This document shows, in pieces, positions 7,839 through 16,471 of a DNA stretch of 19,192 nucleotides (position 1 is the stretch's first letter; each line of letters starts with the position of its first letter). The notes under the pieces were generated by a model. The model made no database searches. It worked only from the letters and a program-made list of their open reading frames with translations, and had not been told where the DNA came from. The stretch spans positions 1 to 19,192 of the forward strand of contig JAYENL010000298.1 in the NCBI GenBank assembly GCA_034722055.1, given 5' to 3'. The position numbers were made by a program, and so were the translations under genes. The stretch is from Armatimonadota bacterium. GTDB lineage: Bacteria; Armatimonadota; Zipacnadia; Zipacnadales; UBA5352.

Positions 7839-10818
7839 CTGCCGCGGCGGCCATCTTCCCGCCGCCGTCCTCGTGACGATCCTTGCTCTCGCCTCGGCGC
7901 CGCCCTCGGTCGCGTCCCCGTTTCGCAACATCGTGAACGAGCCCTTTGCCACCGTCTCCAACGGACCGCAGGGGGCCATCGTGGTGGATGAGAGCGCCAT
8001 CACCACCGCCGAGGCCGGTGACGCGGTCTCGGCCGCCATCCGCACCCAGCACAGCGTGCGCGCCCTGGCCCGGGCCCGGCACAGCCTGGAGACGCTCCAG
8101 CGCCTGGGGCTGAAGAGCCCTCAGGCGCGGGCGGCCTTCCCGCGGCGGCTGGTGAGGATGCGCGAGGGGCGCATCGTGGCGCCCGATCTGATCCGCGCCC
8201 GGCAGGCCGGCGACGGCCTCGGCGGCGCGACCAACGAGCTGCGCTTCACCTTCGAGGGCTTCGAGGAGGCTGACGAGACCGCGCTGCGCGATTACCTGAG
8301 CAGAGCGCTGCCGGTGGCCTACAACGTCTACGGCCGCCCGGCCTTCGACCTGGACGTGACCGTCATCCTCGACGAGGAGCTGGCGGAGCTGCAGGGCGGC
8401 GTCTACGACGCCTCGGCCAACGAGATCCGGCTGGCGCCGCTCTCGGGGAACTTCCCCGAGGACTCCTTCATCCTCCTGATCATGGTCCTGCAGGCCTTTC
8501 ACGATGACGCGGGCTTCTTCTACGACGCCTGGGAGCTGGGCTTCGCGGGGGCGGCCGCCACAGTGGTTCAGACGCGTCCGGGCGTGGCGCCGGGCTACGA
8601 TCCCATCGATCCGGGGCCCTTCTACGCCACCAGCGTCTACGAGCCGCAGAACCAGCAGGACCTGGGCGGCCCGACCTTCTACCCGCCCTCCGGCTGGGCC
8701 GGGATGCTGGTGTGGCGCGTGGCCATGGCGCGCAGCGCCTGGTTCAAGTGCTGGGTGGAGGACAACGACTTCTTCCGCCGCTTCAACCGCGCCTACTACG
8801 ACAGCTTCACCGAGACGCTGCCAGGAGACGTCCCGGCCCTGCGGGTGCTGGCGGCACAGGTGCTGCCGGAGGTGGAGGGACTGGCATTCCAGGAGTGGTA
8901 CCAGCGCCAGTGGGTGCTGGACACCAGCGTGCGCATCGGGCCGAAGCTGTTCATCTGGAACATCCCGCTGACGCAGTCGGTGGCGCTGATCGCGGAGCAC
9001 TTCTACACCACATTCCAGGGCGATGAGGAGCCGCGCGGCGGGCAGGCGCGCACCACCTACTGGAGCTATGACTTCCGCACCTCGCTGTACGCCGAGGAGG
9101 GCAACACCATCAGCATCCCCGCCTCCGGTGAGGGGGCCGGTGAGGGCTTTTTGATCCCCACCTTCTTCAACATCGGCGGGCCGCAGAACATCACGGTGCA
9201 GGTGGACCTCGGCTCCCTGCGGCGGAACCTGCCCTTCCCCTACGACCAGCGCGGGTTCGAGCTGGGCGAGAACAACCTCTACGGGTCCATCATCACCGCC
9301 ACCCAGGGGACCATCGACGTGGAGGGCGGGGCGGGCCTGGAGGACGTGGCCGTTCGGCGCGGCGTGTGGGGCGACCGCATCACGCAGGCGACCCTGACGC
9401 CCCAGCAGCTCCGCATCACCTTCACGAATCAGGACGAGCAGTCGATCACGCGCGTGTTCAACGTGGCCTGGGACTCCTACGTGACCTTCCTGCACGGCGG
9501 GCAGCAGCGGGCGCTGACGAAGAAGTGGTCGGCTGACCCGCCTGGACTGCACCTGATCTCCTTCCCGGTTCGGCCCCTGACGCAGGACCTGGCGGCGCTT
9601 CTGGAGGTGGATCCCGACCGGCTGCTGGTGGCCCGCTGGGACCCGAGCCTGCCGGGGGAGAGCAAGTACGCCATCTGGCCGCGGACGGAGCCGGTGGCGC
9701 CCGGCCGCGGCTACTGGCTGCGCATCTTCGACGACGTGAATCTCTCGCTGCAGGGGGTGCAGGAGCCACAGGAGCGGCCGGTGGTGGTGCCGCTGAAGGT
9801 GGGCTGGAACATGATCGGGCCGCCTCGCACTGAGCCGGTGGAGGTGGCGTCCCTGCAGTTCGCGGCCGAGGGGGAGGCGGCCGTGGACTACGCCGAGGCC
9901 GTTGAGCGGACCATCATCCAGGAGGGCATATTCGGCTACTCGTCCGAGGAGGGCTACACCATCGAGGAGACCCTCCGGCCCTTCGCCGGCTACTGGATAC
10001 GCTGCCTGCGGGCCGACGGCGCGCTGATGCGCTTCCCGGCCGTGAGCGTGTCCTCGGCGCAGGCCTCAGCATCCGCGACCCCTGCCGGCGGCGACGTGCG
10101 GTGGCGGCTGCCCATCGTGGCGGAGGCTGCCGGCATGCGCGGCTCGGCGTGGATAGGAGCCGCCTCGGACGCCGCCGACGGCCTGGATCGCCACGATCTG
10201 CAGGGCCCGCCGGCGTTCGGCCCGCACGTGAGCGTGCGGCTGGATCCGGCCGGCGAGGGCAGTGCTGCATACATCAGCGATGTCCGGCCGGCGGGAAGCG
10301 AGGGGGCCTGCAGGCTGCGCGTGCTGAGCACGCTGCCCGGCCAGGCGGTGCGGCTGAGCTGGCCGGACCTGAGCGAGCTGCCCGAGGATTTGGCGCCGAT
10401 GCTCGTGGACGAGGCCGCCGGAAGCCGCACCTACATGCGCACCACCGCGGGCATGGAGCTGCCGGGCGGCGACGAGGGCGTGGATCGCGCGCTACGCGTG
10501 GAGCTGCGGAGCCGCTGCGACGCGCCGCTGATGGTCAGCGCCATGTCGGCGATGCAGGCGCCGGGCTCGGCGGCACAGATCGTCTTCAGCCTCAGCGTGC
10601 CGGCCGACGTGGAGGTGGCGGTTCTGAACATTGCCGGTCGGCCGATCCGGGGGCTCGGCGGCGGCCTGCAGGCGCCCGGACAGAGCACGCTGAGCTGGAA
10701 TCTTCGGGACAATGGAGGGCGGCTGGTGCCCAGCGGGCTCTACCTCGTGCGCCTGCGCGCCCGGGATGACAGCGGCCGCCAGACCCAGGCGCTGCGCCCG
10801 CTGCAGATCAACCGATGA
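7831..10818 (+). CDS. Secreted multidomain protein with a degenerate gluzincin-like domain and a C-terminal FlgD-Ig/T9SS-like sorting domain, 995 aa
   Basis: Signal peptide ends near PSVA-S. Motifs are GGVYD...EIRL...LIMVLQAFHD...AWELGFA and the paired GLHLISFPV...PGRGYW / LKVGWNMIGPP...PFAGYW. The C-terminus reads IVFSLSVPADVEVAVLNIAGRPIRGL...LSWNLRDNGGRLVPSGLYLVRLRA. The gene overlaps the upstream one by 8 nt. Confidence 0.85.
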   Translation: MSDCRGGHLPAAVLVTILALASAPPSVASPFRNIVNEPFATVSNGPQGAIVVDESAITTAEAGDAVSAAIRTQHSVRALARARHSLETLQRLGLKSPQARAAFPRRLVRMREGRIVAPDLIRARQAGDGLGGATNELRFTFEGFEEADETALRDYLSRALPVAYNVYGRPAFDLDVTVILDEELAELQGGVYDASANEIRLAPLSGNFPEDSFILLIMVLQAFHDDAGFFYDAWELGFAGAAATVVQTRPGVAPGYDPIDPGPFYATSVYEPQNQQDLGGPTFYPPSGWAGMLVWRVAMARSAWFKCWVEDNDFFRRFNRAYYDSFTETLPGDVPALRVLAAQVLPEVEGLAFQEWYQRQWVLDTSVRIGPKLFIWNIPLTQSVALIAEHFYTTFQGDEEPRGGQARTTYWSYDFRTSLYAEEGNTISIPASGEGAGEGFLIPTFFNIGGPQNITVQVDLGSLRRNLPFPYDQRGFELGENNLYGSIITATQGTIDVEGGAGLEDVAVRRGVWGDRITQATLTPQQLRITFTNQDEQSITRVFNVAWDSYVTFLHGGQQRALTKKWSADPPGLHLISFPVRPLTQDLAALLEVDPDRLLVARWDPSLPGESKYAIWPRTEPVAPGRGYWLRIFDDVNLSLQGVQEPQERPVVVPLKVGWNMIGPPRTEPVEVASLQFAAEGEAAVDYAEAVERTIIQEGIFGYSSEEGYTIEETLRPFAGYWIRCLRADGALMRFPAVSVSSAQASASATPAGGDVRWRLPIVAEAAGMRGSAWIGAASDAADGLDRHDLQGPPAFGPHVSVRLDPAGEGSAAYISDVRPAGSEGACRLRVLSTLPGQAVRLSWPDLSELPEDLAPMLVDEAAGSRTYMRTTAGMELPGGDEGVDRALRVELRSRCDAPLMVSAMSAMQAPGSAAQIVFSLSVPADVEVAVLNIAGRPIRGLGGGLQAPGQSTLSWNLRDNGGRLVPSGLYLVRLRARDDSGRQTQALRPLQINR

Positions 10819-12026
10819 TCAGCGGCGGCCGGAGGGTGAGGCGGTCGCGCCGCCCTTGCCGGGCGGGCGCGGCGGCGCTGCTGAGCATAGTGATGGTGAC
10901 GGTGGCGCTGGCCTGGGGCTGCGGGGGGCTGCCGCCCATGGAGGAGGGGCAGGGGCAGGGCGCCGTGGTGGTGATGGTGGTGGAGGAGGAGACCAACGAG
11001 CCGCTGGAGGTGCCGGCCACCGTGATCGTCGGCGGCGTGCGCGGGACCCTCAAGCCCAGTGACGAGCAGCTTGTGCTGCGCGACGTGCCGCTGGGAACCG
11101 GCACGCCGCCCACCCAGCCGATGACCGTCACGGCCGCCGGGTATGTGACGCGCACGCAGCAGGTGCAGCTCAGCATCACCACCGCGACCTGGGTCACGGC
11201 CACCGTGCAGGCGGCCGACACCGCCATCACCGGGACGGTCTCAGGCACGGTGAGCGACGTCGAGACCGAGGAGCCGGTGGTCAACGCCTTCGTGCAGTTC
11301 ACGCCGCCGGATGCCGCCGAGCCGCTCGTGGCCGGCTACACCGACAACGACGGCGCATTCATCATCGGCGGCATCCCCGAGGGAGAGCGGCAGGTGACAG
11401 TGGAGGCAGGCGGCTACCTGCCGCGCTCGGAGGTCGTGAAGATCACCGCCGACGATGACGGCGAGAACGAGCCGCTGGAGGTCACCCTGGTAGCCGGCGA
11501 TACCACCGTGACGGTCACGGGCGTGGTGGTGGACGTGCTCACGCGCCAGCCCATCGCCGACGCGGAGGTCTCCATCGCGGAGCTCGACCCGGTCACGACC
11601 GGCGCCGATGGCCGCTTCGAGGTGGCGGACGTGCCGGTGGGCGATCAGCCCGCGAAGGCGACGGCCCAGGGCTACGAGGAGTTCGCCGGGACCGTCACCG
11701 TGCTGCCCGGCATGGGGGACCTGGTCATCGAGCTGTTCGAACGGGCCGAGGACCCGCCGGGTGCGCCCTTCACCCTCGCCGGTACGGTGACGCTCAGCGG
11801 CGCACCGGATAACTCCGGGGCCCAGGTGACGGCGGTGGACATCGACGCCGCGCTGGCCGCCGACAGCCAGGTCACCGGGCCGTCCGGTCGCTATGAGCTG
11901 TTCGTGCCGCCGGGCCGCTACGAGGTGAGGGTGGTGGTGGGCGAGCGGTCGCTGGCCCGCGAGGTGACGGTGCCCCCGGGCGGCGTGGTGGTTGACGGGA
12001 TCGACTTCGTGCTCACCGTGGAGTGA
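10815..12026 (+). CDS. Lipoprotein with about four carboxypeptidase-regulatory-like (Cna-B/transthyretin-like) domains, 403 aa
   Basis: Arg-rich N-region, hydrophobic stretch and lipobox LAWG-C. Repeats of G.V.D..T..P...A.V...T..DG.F....P.G...V.A.GY. ATGA overlap with the upstream gene. Confidence 0.85.
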   Translation: MISGGRRVRRSRRPCRAGAAALLSIVMVTVALAWGCGGLPPMEEGQGQGAVVVMVVEEETNEPLEVPATVIVGGVRGTLKPSDEQLVLRDVPLGTGTPPTQPMTVTAAGYVTRTQQVQLSITTATWVTATVQAADTAITGTVSGTVSDVETEEPVVNAFVQFTPPDAAEPLVAGYTDNDGAFIIGGIPEGERQVTVEAGGYLPRSEVVKITADDDGENEPLEVTLVAGDTTVTVTGVVVDVLTRQPIADAEVSIAELDPVTTGADGRFEVADVPVGDQPAKATAQGYEEFAGTVTVLPGMGDLVIELFERAEDPPGAPFTLAGTVTLSGAPDNSGAQVTAVDIDAALAADSQVTGPSGRYELFVPPGRYEVRVVVGERSLAREVTVPPGGVVVDGIDFVLTVE

Positions 12027-12059
12027 GTGCGCGCAGAGGACAGTGAGGAGCGTGCTTCG

Positions 12060-12680
12060 ATGAGGATCGGCTGGCGGATACTGCTGGGAATGGCGCTGAC
12101 GGCGGCGCTCGTGGTCGCCGCACCGGGCTGCGGAGGGGGCGGCGACGGTGGAGGTGGTGGGAGTTCGGCCACCGTGCAGGGCACGGTGCACGACGACGGG
12201 ACGCTGCAGCCGATCAACGGGGCCACGGTTGCCGTGGGCTCCGAGACCGCCACGACGAGCGCGAACGGGAGCTTCTCCCTCGAGACCACCTCCGGAACGC
12301 GAACCATCTCAGTGAGCGCCGCCGGCTATCAGGACGTGGAGCTGACCGAGACCCTTGCACCCGGCACTAACTCCCTGGGAGCGATCTATGTGGAGCCGGA
12401 GCTGGAAGAGGGGAAGGGCGCGGTGACCGGGATGGTCACCTCTAGTGGCGCGGCCGCGCCAGGTGCGACGCTGGTCAGCGGCAACGCCCGGGCCACCGCC
12501 AAGCCTGACGGCAGCTACGCGCTTTACAACATGGAGGCCGGCGAACGGGGGATCACAGCCGTCTCGGCCGACGGAACGACCACCGGCTGGGCAACGGTTG
12601 ACGTGGAGGACGGCGAGACGACCACGGGGGTCAACATCGCGCTGACACTGTCGCCGCCGCCTCCGCCGCTGCTACAGTAG
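12060..12680 (+). CDS. Lipoprotein with two carboxypeptidase-regulatory-like domains and a poly-Pro tail, 206 aa
   Basis: ATG 12060 follows GAGGAG (12045-12050). Lipobox APG-C is followed by a Gly linker and GTVHDDGTLQPINGATV...NGSFSL...SAAGY. The protein ends SPPPPPLLQ. Confidence 0.85.
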   Translation: MRIGWRILLGMALTAALVVAAPGCGGGGDGGGGGSSATVQGTVHDDGTLQPINGATVAVGSETATTSANGSFSLETTSGTRTISVSAAGYQDVELTETLAPGTNSLGAIYVEPELEEGKGAVTGMVTSSGAAAPGATLVSGNARATAKPDGSYALYNMEAGERGITAVSADGTTTGWATVDVEDGETTTGVNIALTLSPPPPPLLQ

Positions 12681-12692
12681 GTCGCGAATGCA

Positions 12693-13370
12693 ATGCTCTC
12701 CACCCGGGCGCGAAGGCTTCTGGCCGGACTGCTGCTGGTAGCGGCGGCAGGGGCGGCGGCGTGGCTGGTCAGCACGCTGGTGACCCGCCCGGAGGAGCCG
12801 AGGGATGATGCCCGCGAGGCGGGCGCTCCGGCGGTGTCCATCCGGGAGTCGATGGTGGAGCACTCGCGAGGGGGAGAGCCGGCGTGGCGGCTGAGCATCG
12901 AGGACCTGCAGATCTCGGGCGGGGGACGCACGGTGGCGGCGGCGGGGCTCCGCGAGGGCCTGGTGTATGATGAGGGAAAGCCAGTCGTACGCATCTCCGC
13001 CGGAGAGGCCATCTACAACACCTCCGACAAGAGCTTCGAGGTTACCGGCGGGGTGAAGGTCGTCTCACATCAGGGCGCCATCATCACCACCGGCACGGTC
13101 CAGTGGCTGCCCGCCAGCCAGACGCTGCACTGCCCGGGCGAGGTGACGCTGCGGGCTGAGGGAATCACGGTGCGCACCGAGAATCTCGATCTCATCGTCC
13201 CCAAGGACATCGTGCGCACCACCAGCCGCGTGCAGCTTCGCACCGAGCACGGCCAGCTCACCGGCCGCGACCTGACCTACAACCTGAAGACGCGCGACTA
13301 CACGCTGAGGTCGGTCCAGGCCGTCTTCACCGTGGAGTCCGCGCGCGAGGAGCTGGAGCGACTGCAATGA
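12693..13370 (+). CDS. lptC: LptC-like LPS export periplasmic bridge protein, 225 aa
   Basis: A single N-terminal membrane anchor followed by beta-jellyroll motifs (G.PAWRL, ISAGEAIYN, VTGGVKV, ITTGTVQW, PGEVTL, LTGRDLTYNL). It lies directly upstream of an LptA-like gene. Confidence 0.75.
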   Translation: MLSTRARRLLAGLLLVAAAGAAAWLVSTLVTRPEEPRDDAREAGAPAVSIRESMVEHSRGGEPAWRLSIEDLQISGGGRTVAAAGLREGLVYDEGKPVVRISAGEAIYNTSDKSFEVTGGVKVVSHQGAIITTGTVQWLPASQTLHCPGEVTLRAEGITVRTENLDLIVPKDIVRTTSRVQLRTEHGQLTGRDLTYNLKTRDYTLRSVQAVFTVESAREELERLQ

Positions 13371-14296
13371 GGGGATTGCGAGCGCTGCTGTGGATGCCGA
13401 TTGCGTGCCTGATGGCCGTCCCGGCGATGGCCCAGGAGGCCGAGCCGGAGGAGCCGGGCGGCATCGCCGAGGACGAGGACCGGGCGCGCATCGAGTGGGC
13501 GGACGAGCTGCGCTACGACGCCGACCAGGCCACCTACCACCTGTCGGGCAATGTGGTCTTCTCCCACCAGGACATCAGGCTCTACTGCGACCGGGCGGTC
13601 TACGACTACGACGCCAACAGCGCTGAGGCCACGGGCAGTCCCCGCGTCGAGAGCCCTGATACCACCATGACCGGGGAGCTCATCGAGGCCAACTTCGACG
13701 ACGAGGTGGCGGTGGTAACCGGCACGGTCACGGTGGTCACTCAGCGCAAGAAGGAAGAGGAAGAGGGCCAGGACGACGAGCAGCAGCCCTCCGAGTCCGA
13801 GCAGCAGCCCTCGGAGTCCGAGGAGACGGAAGAGGACGAGGAGGGCGAGCCCCGCAAGCTGGAGGACTACTGGGAGAAGAAGACCACCATCACCTGTGAG
13901 AAGATCGTCTACGAGTACGCCGAGGACGTCAAGCGCGCCACCGCCACCGGGCGCGTCAAGGCCGTCCAGGAGGACAAGACGGTATATGCTGACAGGGCGG
14001 TTTACGAGGAGCTCAAGGATCTCATCACGCTCACAGGGGACGTCCGGGTGCTCACCGACCGCGGGGACGAGTTCCGCTGCCCGAAGGCCGTGATCTCCGT
14101 GGAGGAGGACTGGGTGCGGGCCGAGCAGGTCACCGGCGTGGGCAAGCGCCGCGAGGAGGAGGAAGAGGAGGAGAGCTCCGAGGGGGCCGCTGCCCAGGAG
14201 GAGCAGCAGGAGCCAGCAGAGGGCGGAGGCGCGCAGGAGCAGCCGCCGGAGGGCGGAGAGGAGTCGCAGGGCTCGGAGGAATCCGGGGAGGGCTGA
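13367..14296 (+). CDS. lptA: LptA/OstA-like periplasmic beta-jellyroll protein with acidic insertions, 309 aa
   Basis: Signal peptide (AMA-Q) and OstA motifs ADELRYD, LSGNVVF, LYCDRAVYD, ATGRVKAVQ, ADRAVY, LTGDVRV. ATGA overlap with lptC. Confidence 0.8.
   Translation: MRGLRALLWMPIACLMAVPAMAQEAEPEEPGGIAEDEDRARIEWADELRYDADQATYHLSGNVVFSHQDIRLYCDRAVYDYDANSAEATGSPRVESPDTTMTGELIEANFDDEVAVVTGTVTVVTQRKKEEEEGQDDEQQPSESEQQPSESEETEEDEEGEPRKLEDYWEKKTTITCEKIVYEYAEDVKRATATGRVKAVQEDKTVYADRAVYEELKDLITLTGDVRVLTDRGDEFRCPKAVISVEEDWVRAEQVTGVGKRREEEEEEESSEGAAAQEEQQEPAEGGGAQEQPPEGGEESQGSEESGEG
13778..13819 (+). repeat. In-frame 21-bp tandem duplication encoding EQQPSES x2
   Basis: GAGCAGCAGCCCTCCGAGTCC and GAGCAGCAGCCCTCGGAGTCC differ by one synonymous base. 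Confidence 0.9.
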
Positions 14297-14355
14297 CGCT
14301 CACCCGCCCTCGGCGTACCGCTTCTGAGCAGGAAGTTCTCCGGCGGCGAGGGGCC

Positions 14356-16332
14356 TCAGAACGGCATGTGGGTGATGGACTGCTTCACCAGCACGACGGC
14401 GATGGCCAGCATGGCGACCAGGCCGGTGCCGCAGGCGAAGCCCGCATAGAGCACCGGCGGCCAGACACGCCAGTTCTCCTCCCCGAAGCGCTCCCGCATG
14501 TAGTAGCGTCCGATGAGCGCGCCGATGAACTGCAGCGTCAGGTAGTGCGGGATCTGACCCATGCCGCGGATCCACCCGTAGATGAGCAGCACCGGCATGC
14601 GCAGCCAGTTGAGGAGAGAGTAGATGCCGAGGCCGAAGACCAGCCCGCCGACCATCAGCCAGGGCTTGATGGCGCGCTGGAAGATCTCCTGGTGTCCGCC
14701 CTCGGTGGTGGAGCTGAACCACACCCACTGAGTGATGGCCTGGTAGCCCCACATCTTCTGGGCGTAGGGGTAGTAGACCGACGGGATGGGCTGCAGGCGC
14801 CACACGTAGCCCCAGAAGATGAAGCTGGTGACGATCATGATGGGGAACATCAGCAGCTCGGCCTTCAGCACGCTGGTGAACTTGTTGCCGGTCAGCTCAA
14901 TCTCCCTGAAGCGCTGCACCGTGCGGCCGTAGTTGCCCAGCGGAATGGGCGCGAACCAGATGTCTACACCCTTGTAGCCGCTGAGGATGAAGGTGGCCTC
15001 CCGGATCATGGGGATGGCGACGAACTGGCCGGTCAGGCCCACCATGCGGGCGTTGATGTAGGACTGCAGCGGCGTCCAGAAGTACCCGTAGATGATCAGG
15101 AAGATGATCGGGAACCTGGGGACCAGAATGCGGCACAGCACCACGTAGCCGGTGGTGGCTGCGAAGAACAGGGCCAGGCAGATCCAGACCTTGAAGTCGC
15201 CGCGGCCGGGGATGCGCCTGCCGAAGCCGAAGCCGGCGCTGTCGCCGGTCTCGTCGTACTCGCGCCATTCCACGATCATCTTGTAGACACCGAGGAAGGC
15301 GATGGAGAATGCGGTCCCGATGCCGAAGGACAGCCAGATGTCGATGCGCGTGGCCCACAGCGTCCGCGTCGTCTCCATGCCGGGCCGCCACGTGGGCAGG
15401 TGGCCGGTCAAGTAAGCGATAGGGTTGATGATCGCTGTAGTCATCACCGCCGTGAAGCTGCCCACCACCATCCAGAACGGCAGCACCATGCCCAGCATGA
15501 GGGTGGCCATGTTGGTCCCAATGCCCGTAGGCACCCCGGGCAGGAAGCGCTCCGTGCCCTGCGTGAAGTCAATCCAGGGGATGGGGAGGATGTGGACCGG
15601 CTGGATGAGGACTGCACCCGTCAGCGTGGGGACTGCCACGTAGATGAGGCCGAAGCCGATGCCCACCATGCTGCCGATAGAGAAGATGCGCCAGCGCCAG
15701 GTCTCCTCCTTGGTCTGAGCCTCAGCCAGGGCGGTCGCCCCCTGAGCCTGGATGGGCGCCAGTGGGAATGGAAGCTCCTCGCCGTCCGACAGCAGTCGAA
15801 AGAGAGAGTAGCCCAATGTGAACCAGGCCACGCGCGAGAAGACCTGCGTCACCAGCAGAACTCCGATGGCGGGAAGCCAGTCGGGGTGCATGAACGTCCG
15901 CTGAGCGATGGCCTCCGAGTGTGGAGCTGGCGCGACCCACTGAGGTACCTGGGAGACCAGGTCGCCTGGGGCCTGGGCACGGAAGAACTGATTCCAGACC
16001 AGTCGGGCGAATGGCCCTCCGGAGAGAGCCACGCCGCCCATCATAGCGGTCAGGCCGCCAGCGATGTAGTAGAGGATGTAGATCTGCTGGCGGCTGAGGG
16101 TGGCGAAGGACCGCCGGGCGATCTCCGTGAAGAGGATGATGGTCGTCCACTCGGCGGCCGGGCCCATGGTCTGACCCGCCACCAGCCCCAGGTAGATGGA
16201 GCCCGGCATCATCACGAAGCCGATGAAGAACGCCCCCACGACCGTCTGCCAGCCGAATCCGTCCTCGTACTCCTCCGGCGCCTCCATCAGCGAACGGTAT
16301 TCCGCCAGCTCCTGAGTCTCTCGCAGTGCCAT
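14356..16332 (-). CDS. OPT/YSL-like polytopic membrane (peptide) transporter, 658 aa
   Basis: ATG 16332 follows GGAG (16341-16344). The protein has more than 12 hydrophobic segments, N-terminal motifs YLGLVAG...LS.QQIYIL and ELPFPLAP...ATALA resembling OPT-family L.FP...A.A, and a C-terminal helix VLYAGFACGTGL. Confidence 0.75.
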   Translation of the reverse strand: MALRETQELAEYRSLMEAPEEYEDGFGWQTVVGAFFIGFVMMPGSIYLGLVAGQTMGPAAEWTTIILFTEIARRSFATLSRQQIYILYYIAGGLTAMMGGVALSGGPFARLVWNQFFRAQAPGDLVSQVPQWVAPAPHSEAIAQRTFMHPDWLPAIGVLLVTQVFSRVAWFTLGYSLFRLLSDGEELPFPLAPIQAQGATALAEAQTKEETWRWRIFSIGSMVGIGFGLIYVAVPTLTGAVLIQPVHILPIPWIDFTQGTERFLPGVPTGIGTNMATLMLGMVLPFWMVVGSFTAVMTTAIINPIAYLTGHLPTWRPGMETTRTLWATRIDIWLSFGIGTAFSIAFLGVYKMIVEWREYDETGDSAGFGFGRRIPGRGDFKVWICLALFFAATTGYVVLCRILVPRFPIIFLIIYGYFWTPLQSYINARMVGLTGQFVAIPMIREATFILSGYKGVDIWFAPIPLGNYGRTVQRFREIELTGNKFTSVLKAELLMFPIMIVTSFIFWGYVWRLQPIPSVYYPYAQKMWGYQAITQWVWFSSTTEGGHQEIFQRAIKPWLMVGGLVFGLGIYSLLNWLRMPVLLIYGWIRGMGQIPHYLTLQFIGALIGRYYMRERFGEENWRVWPPVLYAGFACGTGLVAMLAIAVVLVKQSITHMPF

Positions 16333-16471
16333 GGGCTCTACTCCATGTTGTCCGGCCCTCGAATGGCAGGGCCGCGGCTTCAACGGGGTTTGACCTGGCG
16401 TTGATTCACCGCGGGGCCAGACTCCACCTCCCGCGGCGACGAACGAATCCTACCAGCATGCCCGGACGCCG

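Noticed and set aside
4155..8045. 1296-aa minus-strand ORF, and likewise 7309..9552 (-), 2317..3831 (+), 14368..16404 (+) and 11241..12191 (-)
   Set aside because: These are antisense shadows of well-supported genes, expected with high GC3 codon bias. They show no recognisable motifs.
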